From Escherichia phage vB_EcoS-phiEc4, in the sequence record MZ576218: a stretch of 44,540 nt of DNA. One strand, 5' to 3'. Positions 1-8,020 of the stretch are shown piece by piece (the first letter of the stretch is position 1; the number at the start of each line of letters is the position of its first letter). The notes beneath the pieces are model-generated. The model searched no databases and had not been told where the DNA came from. It saw only the letters and a program-made list of their open reading frames with translations. The position numbers and the translations under genes are program-made.

Positions 1-1251
1 ATGAGTATTCAGCTATCCGCACCACAGGCACTGTTCCTGAATTGCGATAACAAATACAAGGCCTATGTCGGAGGCTTCGGTAGCGGCAAGACATTTGTCG
101 GCTGTCTCGACCTGCTTACGTTCATGCTCCGGAACCCGGGTACCCGCCTGGGCTACTTCGGCCCCACCTACCCGGCTATCCGCGACATCTTCTACCCGAC
201 ATTCGAGGAAGCGGCTAACCTCCTCGGCCTCGATGTGCTGGTTAAATCTGGCGACAAAGAAGTCGTGGTCACTCGCGGTAAGACGGTGCTCGGAACTGTT
301 ATCTGCCGCTCGATGGATAACCCCGGCTCGATAGTCGGCTTCAAAATCGCGGCTGCGGTCGTGGATGAGCTGGACGTATTGAGCCGTGAGAAAGCCGAGC
401 TGGCGTGGAACAAAATCGTAGCCCGCATGCGTCTGGTTATCCCGGGGGTAATTAACCACATCTCCGTCACCACGACTCCGGAAGGGTTCAAGTTCGTTTA
501 CGCCAAGTTCAAGGAGAACCCGACGCCGAGTTACTCAATGGTGCAGGCGTCCACTCACGAGAACGCCAGATTCCTGCCGCCGGATTACATTAGCTCGCTG
601 ACTGAGACTTACCCGGCGCAACTGATTAACGCGTATCTGAACGGTGAGTTTGTCAACCTGACATCCGGAAGCGTGTATTACGCATACGACCGACGCAAGC
701 ACCGCAGCAAAGAGACAATTCAACCGGGCGACACGCTGTACATCGGGCAGGACTTCAACGTTACGAAGAACGCCAGCGCCGTGTATGTGCAGCGTAAAGA
801 TGGATGGCACGCGGTTGCAGAACTGAAGGGCCTGTTCGATACGCCGGACACCGTGCGCGTAATTACCGAGAAGTGGAAGTCACAAGGCCACCGCATCGTC
901 GTTTACCCCGACGCTAGCGGCAAGAACCGTAAGACAAACTCGGCGTCAATCTCTGATATTGCATTACTCCAGCAGGCGGGTTTCGATGTTCGCGCTAAAT
1001 CAGCCAACCCCCCGGTTAAAGACCGCGTTTTAGCCGTGAACACCGCGCTGGAAAAAGGTAAGCTGTGGGTTAATGACCACTTATGTCCTGAGATAGCCAA
1101 GACGCTGGAACAGCAGGCATACGACGATAACGGAGAGCCGGCTAAAGACGGCGTCATTGACCATATGGCTGATGCTCTCGGCTATCCTGTAGTTTATGAG
1201 ATGCCGGTGGTTAAACCAGTAATCAACATCCCGGTGACTTTCGCACTTTAA
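1..1251 (+). CDS. terL: terminase large subunit
   Basis: 416 aa; Walker A GGFGSGKT near N-terminus; lies immediately after the terS fragment at the window end (circular permutation) and before portal. Confidence 0.85.
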   Translation: MSIQLSAPQALFLNCDNKYKAYVGGFGSGKTFVGCLDLLTFMLRNPGTRLGYFGPTYPAIRDIFYPTFEEAANLLGLDVLVKSGDKEVVVTRGKTVLGTVICRSMDNPGSIVGFKIAAAVVDELDVLSREKAELAWNKIVARMRLVIPGVINHISVTTTPEGFKFVYAKFKENPTPSYSMVQASTHENARFLPPDYISSLTETYPAQLINAYLNGEFVNLTSGSVYYAYDRRKHRSKETIQPGDTLYIGQDFNVTKNASAVYVQRKDGWHAVAELKGLFDTPDTVRVITEKWKSQGHRIVVYPDASGKNRKTNSASISDIALLQQAGFDVRAKSANPPVKDRVLAVNTALEKGKLWVNDHLCPEIAKTLEQQAYDDNGEPAKDGVIDHMADALGYPVVYEMPVVKPVINIPVTFAL

Positions 1252-1263
1252 GAGGATTATTAA

Positions 1264-2745
1264 ATGTTAACTATGAACGGTCAGAATCAGGGTGTTAAGA
1301 CAAAACACCGGGAATGGCTGCATCACTTCGATAAATGGCAGAAGGTACGCCACGCGCTGGAAGGCGACCTTATTCGCTATCTGCGCAACGTCGGGAAGAA
1401 CGAACCTGACCCGACCTACGCAGCCCAGCGCCAGGAAGAATACGAGAACGGTGCTATCTGTTACAACTTCACTAAACGTACCCTGGCGGGGATGACGGGG
1501 TCAGTGATGCGCAAAGACCCTGAGCAGATTATCCCGCCTGAACTTGAGTACCTGTTGCACAACGCTGACGGTTCGGGTGTAGGGCTGTGGCAGCACGCGC
1601 AGGATACGTTAATGGAGATTGACTCGATAGGACGCGGTGGGTTGCTGGTGGATGCCCCGGAAACAGCCGCAGCAACGGCGGCAGAGCAGAACGCGGGATT
1701 ATTAAACCCGGTAATCGCATTCTATACCGCGGAGAACATTATCAACTGGAGACTCACCCGCATCGGTTCAGTGAACCGCGTGACGATGGTTGTATTGCGT
1801 GAGGCATGGGAATACTCGGAACCAGGCGCTGAGTTTGAAACAAAATTCGGCGAGCAATACCGCGTCCTTGACCTGATTGACGGTCGCTACCGCCAGCGCA
1901 TCTACCGCTTCGATGCCGAAGGTGGCGCACAGGATGAAGTAATCGAAATCTTCCCGGAACTCGGCGAACAGTTGCGCGGTAAAATCCCGTTCACGTTCAT
2001 TGGCGCAAGCAACAACGACGCCACTATAGACGATGCGCCTTTACTGCCGTTAGCTGAGCTAAATATAGGACACTTCAGAAATTCGGCCGATGTGGAAGAG
2101 GCCAGCTTTATAGTAGGTCAACCGACACTGTTCATTGCCCCCGGCGAGAACATGAGCATGGAGCAGTGGAAAGAAGCCAACCCACACGGCATACGCATGG
2201 GGTCGCGTTCAGGCCACAACATCGGCTCCGGCGGAAATGCGTTTCTGGTTCAGGCGGCGGAAACTAACCTCGCCAAACAGAATATGCTGGATAAAGAGAA
2301 TCAGGCCATCCAGATTGGCGCGCAGCTTATCACCCCGACGCAGCAAATCACCGCGGAATCGGCCCGCCTGCAACGCGGCGCCGACACGTCAGTCATGGCA
2401 ACAATAGCACGTAATGTAAGCATGGCGTATACCGATGCGTTGCGCTGGGTTGCGGGTATGCTTGGGCTTAGTGAAGATACTGAGATTGAGTTCAAGCTGA
2501 ATATGGAATTCTTCCTGCAACCTATGACAGCTCAGGACCGCGCTCAGTGGATGGCGGATATTAACGCTGGCCTGCTACCCGCCACCGCTTACTATGCTGC
2601 GTTGCGCAAGGCAGGTGTGACTGACTGGACAGATGAGGACATTCAGAACGCTATTGAAGACGCACCTCTGCCGTTGGGTTCTGTTGCTCAGGTAGCGGGA
2701 GAGATTCCGCAGTCGGCGCAGCAACAGGACACCACTCAGCAGTAA
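1264..2745 (+). CDS. portal protein
   Basis: 493 aa ORF directly after terL, size and position typical of portal; acidic C-terminus. Confidence 0.75.
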   Translation: MLTMNGQNQGVKTKHREWLHHFDKWQKVRHALEGDLIRYLRNVGKNEPDPTYAAQRQEEYENGAICYNFTKRTLAGMTGSVMRKDPEQIIPPELEYLLHNADGSGVGLWQHAQDTLMEIDSIGRGGLLVDAPETAAATAAEQNAGLLNPVIAFYTAENIINWRLTRIGSVNRVTMVVLREAWEYSEPGAEFETKFGEQYRVLDLIDGRYRQRIYRFDAEGGAQDEVIEIFPELGEQLRGKIPFTFIGASNNDATIDDAPLLPLAELNIGHFRNSADVEEASFIVGQPTLFIAPGENMSMEQWKEANPHGIRMGSRSGHNIGSGGNAFLVQAAETNLAKQNMLDKENQAIQIGAQLITPTQQITAESARLQRGADTSVMATIARNVSMAYTDALRWVAGMLGLSEDTEIEFKLNMEFFLQPMTAQDRAQWMADINAGLLPATAYYAALRKAGVTDWTDEDIQNAIEDAPLPLGSVAQVAGEIPQSAQQQDTTQQ

Positions 2746-2755
2746 GTTCACCTAT

Positions 2756-2778
2756 AGCCCCGAAAGGGGCTTTCTTAT
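2756..2778 (+). terminator. hairpin AGCCCC-GAAA-GGGGCT followed by TTCTTAT
   Basis: stem-loop read directly after portal stop; weak U-tract, may be a partial terminator or stability element. Confidence 0.4.
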
Positions 2779-2781
2779 AGT

Positions 2782-3858
2782 ATGCTATTAACTTTAGCGC
2801 CACAGGGTTTATCTATGAGCTTACTTACATCCCTAATCAGCCATCAGATATGGCTGCAACGCACCGCATCCGGTGAGGTGAAAGACCTCACGCCGTTCAT
2901 TCAGGAGATAAGGGATGAAATCAAACGGCAGGTGCTGTTATTCGGTGACGACGGTCGCAGCACTGCGCGACTGAATAAACTGTTACGCGACCTGGAAGAA
3001 GCACTAACCGGTATTACGGGTGACTGGCAAACAAAGCTAACAGACGACCTTAAGGAACTGGCGGCGTACGAGGCTGAGTGGAACGTAAAGACACTGACCG
3101 CCAACGTAGACGCGGAATTTGTTACGCCTACCGCTGAGCAGGTATGGGCCGCTGCCGAGTTTCAACCATTATCATTGAGCGACAAGCCCGTTGATTTCAC
3201 CAAGCTGATGTCTGGATGGGGCGAAACGGAAGTAGCACGTCTTGTAACTGGAGTTAAGATGGGCTTTGTGCAAGGTCAAACCACACGGCAGATTGTTAAG
3301 AATGTTGTTGGCGCTGGTGGACTAGCCGACATCTCAGAACGTAACGCGGCTACGGTAATCCGCACCGCGCTGTCCCACGTATCCAACGAGGCCCGTAACG
3401 AGACGTACCGCCAGAACGACAACATCATCGAGAAGTACGAGTGGGTGTCAACGCTTGACAGCCGCACCAGTACGATTTGCAGGGTCAGAGACGGGATGAC
3501 GTGGGAAATTGGTAAGGGGCCGATGCCCCCAGCCCATCCGAACTGCCGGTCGTGCACGGCTCCGGTAATCAGTTCCGAGTTCGACTTCCTCGATAAAGGC
3601 GCAAAACGCGCGGCTAAAGGCGCGGAAGGTGGCACTCAGGTAAGCGCAGACACCACTTACTACGAGTTCCTTAAACAACAACCGGCGTGGTTTCAGGACC
3701 AGGCGCTCGGCCCGGTGCGAGGTAAGATTTTCCGTAACAGCGGTATATCGCCGGAAGAGTTTCGCGTAATATCTGTAGATGGTTTCGGGAATCCGCTCAC
3801 GCTTAAGCAGATGGCGGAACTCGATAAACGTGTTGCTGATTATCTGAAAGGGGAATAA
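2782..3858 (+). CDS. head morphogenesis protein (Mu F / SPP1 gp7-like minor head protein)
   Basis: 358 aa following portal; C-terminal Cys/His-rich region typical of the F-like family. Confidence 0.6.
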   Translation: MLLTLAPQGLSMSLLTSLISHQIWLQRTASGEVKDLTPFIQEIRDEIKRQVLLFGDDGRSTARLNKLLRDLEEALTGITGDWQTKLTDDLKELAAYEAEWNVKTLTANVDAEFVTPTAEQVWAAAEFQPLSLSDKPVDFTKLMSGWGETEVARLVTGVKMGFVQGQTTRQIVKNVVGAGGLADISERNAATVIRTALSHVSNEARNETYRQNDNIIEKYEWVSTLDSRTSTICRVRDGMTWEIGKGPMPPAHPNCRSCTAPVISSEFDFLDKGAKRAAKGAEGGTQVSADTTYYEFLKQQPAWFQDQALGPVRGKIFRNSGISPEEFRVISVDGFGNPLTLKQMAELDKRVADYLKGE

Positions 3859-4319
3859 TGATGGGCTTTTTCAAAGTAACTGACGTACCGTCTCGTCGCG
3901 TAGTCCAGTACGCCCGCGTGTCTGGCTCTGGCGAGAACGTGGTATTTATTGGGGGCGAAAGTGTACTCGGTACACCGGTAGATGATATGCCGTTTGCAGA
4001 TAAAACCGGTATTGCGTTGCCCGCCGCCGGTATGCTTTATGAAATTCCGTATCTGGCGGACGCTGGCGACGTGTATTTCTCTGCGCAACCCGCCGATACA
4101 GAACTGACAGACGGCAGCGCAGCTATCACTGTCGAAGTTAAGGCAGGTAAAGCGCCATATGCTCTGACCTGGTACAAAGACGGTAAGGAAGTGGTCAACG
4201 CCCCTGAAGAGGCTCTGTCTCTGACGGTTAATGCGGTCGGCGAATATTTCGTTAAAGTTACTGATGCCGATGGTGTAGAGGCGGTGAGTAAAGCGGCGAA
4301 GGTTACTAAGCCAGAATGA
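3858..4319 (+). CDS. Ig-like domain protein (possible capsid-associated)
   Basis: 153 aa; C-terminal segment ALTWYKDGKEV...GEYFVKVTDADG resembles an Ig-like fold; RBS AAAGGGG upstream. Confidence 0.45.
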   Translation: MMGFFKVTDVPSRRVVQYARVSGSGENVVFIGGESVLGTPVDDMPFADKTGIALPAAGMLYEIPYLADAGDVYFSAQPADTELTDGSAAITVEVKAGKAPYALTWYKDGKEVVNAPEEALSLTVNAVGEYFVKVTDADGVEAVSKAAKVTKPE

Positions 4320-4340
4320 TAAAAAGCCGGAATGATAAAA

Positions 4341-4368
4341 AGCCCCGCTATGGGGCTTTATTTTTATA
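4341..4368. terminator. bidirectional rho-independent terminator
   Basis: AGCCCC-GCTAT-GGGGCT hairpin flanked by A-run upstream and TTTATTTTTAT downstream; sits between convergent genes 3858..4319(+) and 4432..4776(-). Confidence 0.7.
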
Positions 4369-4431
4369 TGAACATCGCGGTGATAGCCGCAGCCGATACC
4401 CTCAAAACAAAATAAAACATCACACTATTTG

Positions 4432-4776
4432 TCATTTGCATTTCTCGTCGTATGTTTGTTGTAACTGCGACAGACGATTACCGGCTGTCATCTCGTCCAT
4501 AGAAGGCCCGGCGCCCGTGTCCATAAAGAACAGCGGAACAATCAGGAATGCGCCTGTAACACCGAGTACAACGTTAGTACCTATTTGCTTATTAACACGG
4601 TGCGTAGCGTTGGCTTGAGCTTGTTTTGTCGCGGCGATTCTCGATAGTAACTGATTACATGTTGCCGTTGTATCCCCCGCCTGATAAACCTGTAAAGCTG
4701 GGTCTGGCAACGACCTTACGCAACCACTCAAACAAACGGCTACAACACCTGCTACTGCTAATTTAATATATTTCAT
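4432..4776 (-). CDS. lipoprotein with C-terminal hydrophobic segment (superinfection-exclusion candidate)
   Basis: 114 aa; signal peptide with lipobox LSGC (MKYIKLAVAGVVAVCLSGC); own promoter upstream; antisense to structural genes. Confidence 0.6.
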   Translation of the reverse strand: MKYIKLAVAGVVAVCLSGCVRSLPDPALQVYQAGDTTATCNQLLSRIAATKQAQANATHRVNKQIGTNVVLGVTGAFLIVPLFFMDTGAGPSMDEMTAGNRLSQLQQTYDEKCK

Positions 4777-4874
4777 AGTTCACCATTACCTGTATCAATG
4801 TCACCGATACCACTACAAGCCCAAATAAACATCGCCACATCAACTGCAATTACTACTGAAATAACGACTAACAT
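4773..4874 (-). CDS. 33-aa hydrophobic micro-protein (MLVVISVVIAVDVAMFIWACSGIGDIDTGNGEL)
   Basis: not in ORF track (<60 aa); strong RBS GAGGAGG 5 nt upstream of ATG; stop overlaps start of lipoprotein gene (ATGA coupling). Confidence 0.35.
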   Translation of the reverse strand: MLVVISVVIAVDVAMFIWACSGIGDIDTGNGEL

Positions 4875-4901
4875 GACGGCCTCCTCGGTTCGATAGAATG
4901 A

Positions 4902-4930
4902 ATAGTACCCTATTATATTGGGGTGTGCAA
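4902..4930 (-). promoter_or_regulatory. sigma70-like promoter P_A copy 1 (TTGCAC-17-TACTAT) with AATAG-N4-CTATT palindrome
   Basis: reverse complement reads TTGCACACCCCAATATAATAGGGTACTAT; 29-bp block recurs at 14137..14165, 37896..37924, 39119..39147. Confidence 0.6.
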
Positions 4931-4982
4931 ACTATTTATTTACGTATTCCAGTTATTCCACCGAATTGTAAATGTTGGAATA

Positions 4983-4998
4983 AACTATTCGAATAGTT
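4983..4998. repeat. 16-bp perfect palindrome AACTATTCGAATAGTT overlapping -35 of P_C1
   Basis: self-complementary as read; half-sites CTATT/AATAG are those of the promoter palindrome family but in opposite arrangement. Confidence 0.5.
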
Positions 4999-5025
4999 GA
5001 CTTTTCACTAAAAATATGATAAGCT
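4997..5025 (+). promoter_or_regulatory. promoter P_C copy 1 (TTGACT-17-TGaTAAGCT, extended -10)
   Basis: same -35, 17-bp spacing and TGn-TAAGCT as 37587..37615. Confidence 0.55.
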
Positions 5026-5031
5026 CCACCT

Positions 5032-5234
5032 GAGCTTGTGAAGTATGAACAAGCGACCGCGGCGCGGGCAGGTAACGGAGCGGGACGTAAGTCCTGAGTG
5101 TAGTTACGCTGACGCGTTCGGAAGGGCCATACTCTATTGCTTGTGTAAAAAGTAACAGGTTTACTTAGATTACGCCGTTTCTATGTTTAAATGATAAGGA
5201 CTAGCGCCCTGCTTTAAGGCAGGGCTTTACTTAT
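5032..5234 (+). ncRNA. promoter-proximal structured RNA element, copy 1 (candidate antitermination leader or sRNA)
   Basis: ~105-nt core homologous to 37621..37725 with compensatory changes in two helices; ends at terminator-like hairpin 5206..5234. Confidence 0.5.
5206..5234 (+). terminator. hairpin GCCCTGC-TTTAAG-GCAGGGC followed by TTTACTTAT
   Basis: 7-bp GC-rich stem and U-rich tail, 15 nt upstream of Rz start. Confidence 0.5.
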
Positions 5235-5249
5235 CGAGAAAGGGGAAAC

Positions 5250-5636
5250 ATGAATCTTAAAGCAACCGTCGTAGCAGGAGCATGTTTCATCATCCTGGCT
5301 TACACACACGGCATTTATCAGTACCGCAGCGGCTGGCACGAAGGCCGCGCTAATCTCGTTTCGCAGCAACAGCAGAAAGCACAGGCCGAGTTAGCGAAGA
5401 AAACACAACGGCAGCAGCAGGATGAATCAAAGGCCGCCGCCGCTGACAACGAAGGCAAGACGAAATCAGAGGTGATCACCCGTGAAGTCGTTAAGTACAT
5501 TAAAACTCCTGGTCGCAGCGTGTGCACTTTCGACCCTGAGCGCGTGCAGCTCAAGTCCCGCGCCGTCGCAAACGCCAATTCCATCCCCGGATACGACGAT
5601 GATGCAGCCGCCGTGCAAGCTGGCACCGCCGAGTAG
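5250..5636 (+). CDS. i-spanin (Rz-like)
   Basis: 128 aa; N-terminal TM segment, Gln/Lys-rich charged periplasmic region; contains +1-frame lipoprotein ORF. Confidence 0.6.
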   Translation: MNLKATVVAGACFIILAYTHGIYQYRSGWHEGRANLVSQQQQKAQAELAKKTQRQQQDESKAAAADNEGKTKSEVITREVVKYIKTPGRSVCTFDPERVQLKSRAVANANSIPGYDDDAAAVQAGTAE

Positions 5637-5745
5637 CGACGCTGACGAGGATTTAGCTATCGACGTTCAGAACGCTGAATGCGTACGGCAGCTGCGGCTG
5701 AAAGTGTTCATGTTGCAGGATTACGTGAGGAATATTCTGGAATAG
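5482..5745 (+). CDS. o-spanin (Rz1-like lipoprotein), overlapped architecture
   Basis: 87 aa in +1 frame relative to Rz; signal peptide with lipobox LSAC; Pro-rich mature region. Confidence 0.6.
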   Translation: MKSLSTLKLLVAACALSTLSACSSSPAPSQTPIPSPDTTMMQPPCKLAPPSSDADEDLAIDVQNAECVRQLRLKVFMLQDYVRNILE

Positions 5746-5827
5746 TTGCCTTGCATGTTGGAATAATTTATTCTTGACATGTAAATCCGGGTGGCCCGGG
5801 TTCCAACGTCCAGGGGACATACTGACT

Positions 5828-6532
5828 ATGAATCGTTTTTTACGTTATCCGTTCCAGGAAGAAGCTGGGGCAGAAGATAAAGCTGGTGGCGGTGACGCGC
5901 CGAAAATGTTCACCGCTGAAGAAGTTCAGGCGCTGATTGAGAAAGAAGTTGCCGGGCTTAAGGCTAATCAGGAAGCATTGTTGGCGGAGAAGAAAGAAGC
6001 CGCTCGCAAAGCAAAAGAGGCCGAAGAAGAACGGCAGCGCGCGCACCAGGAGGCGTTAAAAGCCGCTGGTAAGATGGATGAGTTCGAAAAGACGATTCGT
6101 AGCCAGTATGACCCGGTGTTAGCCGAGAAAGACGGTCGCATCTCCAGAATGGCAGAGCGTATCCTCGGCAGCGAACGTAAAGCGGTGCTAGGCTCTTTCG
6201 CGGGTGACTTTATTACCCCAGAAGCAGTGGACATTCTTGCGCCGTTCGTTAAGACTGAGTTCGAAGGCGATGATGTGGTTACTAAGTTTGTTGGTGCAGA
6301 CGGTAACGTAATCACGACTGACCCGGAACAGTTCCGCAAATACTTGCGAGAACACAAAGCGTTTTCACATTTGATTAAAGCAAATGCAGCTTCCGGCGGC
6401 GGGGCTTCCGGTAGCAAAGGCGGCGGGGCCGCACCAGCGTTTAAAGACATGAGTGAAGCGGAGCGTATCGCTCTGTACGAATCGAACCCTGCCGAATTTG
6501 AACGGCAACTTAAAGCCCTGAGGAAAAAATAA
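5828..6532 (+). CDS. scaffolding protein
   Basis: track ORF 5774..6532, first ATG at 5828; coiled-coil-like charged sequence (EAL/KEA repeats), immediately upstream of major capsid gene. Confidence 0.6.
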   Translation: MNRFLRYPFQEEAGAEDKAGGGDAPKMFTAEEVQALIEKEVAGLKANQEALLAEKKEAARKAKEAEEERQRAHQEALKAAGKMDEFEKTIRSQYDPVLAEKDGRISRMAERILGSERKAVLGSFAGDFITPEAVDILAPFVKTEFEGDDVVTKFVGADGNVITTDPEQFRKYLREHKAFSHLIKANAASGGGASGSKGGGAAPAFKDMSEAERIALYESNPAEFERQLKALRKK

Positions 6533-7581
6533 TGGCAATTACTACTATCGGCGACATCGTAACTGGTAAAGAATCGGTAATCCTGTCCTACATGACAGAG
6601 GACCCGGTAGAGAAAACCGCGTTCTTCCAGTCCGGTATCCTTACCTCGACTCCGTATGCCGCCGCTATCGCAAACGGCCCGTCCAACAAAGCGGTCCTGC
6701 CGTACTGGAAAGCTATTGATACCTCTATCGAGCCGAACTACTCGAACGACGTATATCAGGACGTCGCCACCCCGCGTAACGTGCAAACCGGTGAGATGGA
6801 TGTTCGCGTAGCTTACCTGAACGAAGGTTTTGGTCAGGCTGACCTGACGGTAGAACTGACCAGCCAGAATCCGCTGCAATCCGTGGCTTCCCGTCTGGAT
6901 AACTTCTGGCAGCGTCAGGCACAACGCCGTCTTATTGCTACCGCGCTCGGTCTGTACAATGATAACGTAGCGGCTACCGATGCGTACCACGAGCAGAACG
7001 ACATGGTTATTGACGTGTCCGCTACTCTGGGCTTCGACTCCGGCGCGTTCATCGATGCTACCCAGACTATGGGCGATGCGCTGATGGGTAACGGTGGTGA
7101 AGTGCTTGGCGCTATCGCGATGCACAGCTTCGTTTATGCGCAGGCGCGTAAGCAGCAGCTTATCGACTTCATTCGCGACGCTGACAACAACACCATGTTC
7201 GCCACCTACCAGGGCTATCGTGTGATTGTTGACGACAGCATGACCGTAGTCGGAACTGGCAACAGCCGTAAGTTCATCTCCATCATCTTCGGCAACGGTG
7301 CTATCGGTTACGGTGAAGGTTCTCCGTCCAACCCGCTGGAATACGAGCGCGAAGCGTCCCGCGGCAACGGCGGCGGCGTTGAAACCCTGTGGACCCGTAA
7401 GACCTGGTTACTACATCCGTTTGGTTACAGCTTCACCAGTGCAGTAATCACTGGCAACGGCACCGAGACTACCCCGCGCTCTGCTTCCTGGCAGGACCTG
7501 GCGAACGCCTCCAACTGGAACCGTGTGGTTGACCGCAAGCACGTACCGATTGCCTTCCTGGTAACTGGTGTCGGTGCTTAA
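6532..7581 (+). CDS. major capsid protein
   Basis: 349 aa after scaffold; followed by strong terminator; position and size typical of HK97-fold capsid protein. Confidence 0.8.
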   Translation: MAITTIGDIVTGKESVILSYMTEDPVEKTAFFQSGILTSTPYAAAIANGPSNKAVLPYWKAIDTSIEPNYSNDVYQDVATPRNVQTGEMDVRVAYLNEGFGQADLTVELTSQNPLQSVASRLDNFWQRQAQRRLIATALGLYNDNVAATDAYHEQNDMVIDVSATLGFDSGAFIDATQTMGDALMGNGGEVLGAIAMHSFVYAQARKQQLIDFIRDADNNTMFATYQGYRVIVDDSMTVVGTGNSRKFISIIFGNGAIGYGEGSPSNPLEYEREASRGNGGGVETLWTRKTWLLHPFGYSFTSAVITGNGTETTPRSASWQDLANASNWNRVVDRKHVPIAFLVTGVGA

Positions 7582-7597
7582 GGTTAAGCTATAATCG

Positions 7598-7625
7598 AGA
7601 GGGACTTCGGTCCCTCTTTTCATTT
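7598..7625 (+). terminator. rho-independent terminator after capsid gene
   Basis: 8-bp stem AGAGGGAC/GTCCCTCT with TTCG tetraloop followed by TTTCATTT. Confidence 0.75.
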
Positions 7626-7642
7626 ACTAAGAGGATTCCTAA

Positions 7643-7984
7643 ATGGTAGACGTATTGAAGCGGCGTATCACCGGCGTCTCCGCTGACGCCCCGGGCGCTA
7701 AGATTGACATGGCGACTATTTCTCCTGCGTCTTTCTCTTCCGCGCTGGCGGCTACTACCGCAGTGACCACAGGTGAAACTATGACGCTGACCGTAACGGT
7801 AGCCGGTGGTCTGGAGCCATATTCTTACCAGTGGTATAAGAATAACAACGCCATCGCCGGGGCTACCGCAGCTACCTATGCTAAAGCATCGACCACTGCC
7901 GCCGACTCCGGTACGTATAAAGTGGTTGTTCACGATGCGTATGGTAATATTATCTCCAGCAGCACTGTAGCAACTGTGTCTTAA
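7643..7984 (+). CDS. Ig-like domain protein (candidate head decoration)
   Basis: 113 aa; YSYQWYKNNNAI...GTYKVVVHDAYG Ig-like signature; located right after capsid gene. Confidence 0.5.
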   Translation: MVDVLKRRITGVSADAPGAKIDMATISPASFSSALAATTAVTTGETMTLTVTVAGGLEPYSYQWYKNNNAIAGATAATYAKASTTAADSGTYKVVVHDAYGNIISSSTVATVS

Positions 7985-8020
7985 TACAGCGGCCCTTCGG
8001 GGCCGTAATAAGGAAAGGTC

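Noticed and set aside
4316-4618. 100-aa plus-strand ORF
   Set aside because: Starts inside the terminator region and runs antisense through the lipoprotein gene, which has a convincing signal peptide and lipobox.
5110-5135. tRNA-like appearance of GTTCGGAAGGGCCA within RNA element copy 1
   Set aside because: Superficially resembles a T-loop plus CCA end but no acceptor stem or cloverleaf can be drawn; better explained as part of the paralogous structured element.
5968-7125. 385-aa minus-strand ORF in the track
   Set aside because: Lies antisense across scaffold and major capsid genes, has low-complexity Ser/Arg/Ala-rich translation and no RBS; typical antisense artefact of GC-rich coding DNA.
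7990-8005. Hairpin CGGCCC-TTCG-GGGCCG after the Ig-like decoration gene as a terminator
   Set aside because: Stable stem with UUCG loop but no U-tract follows; more likely an RNA stability or processing hairpin, so not listed as a terminator.
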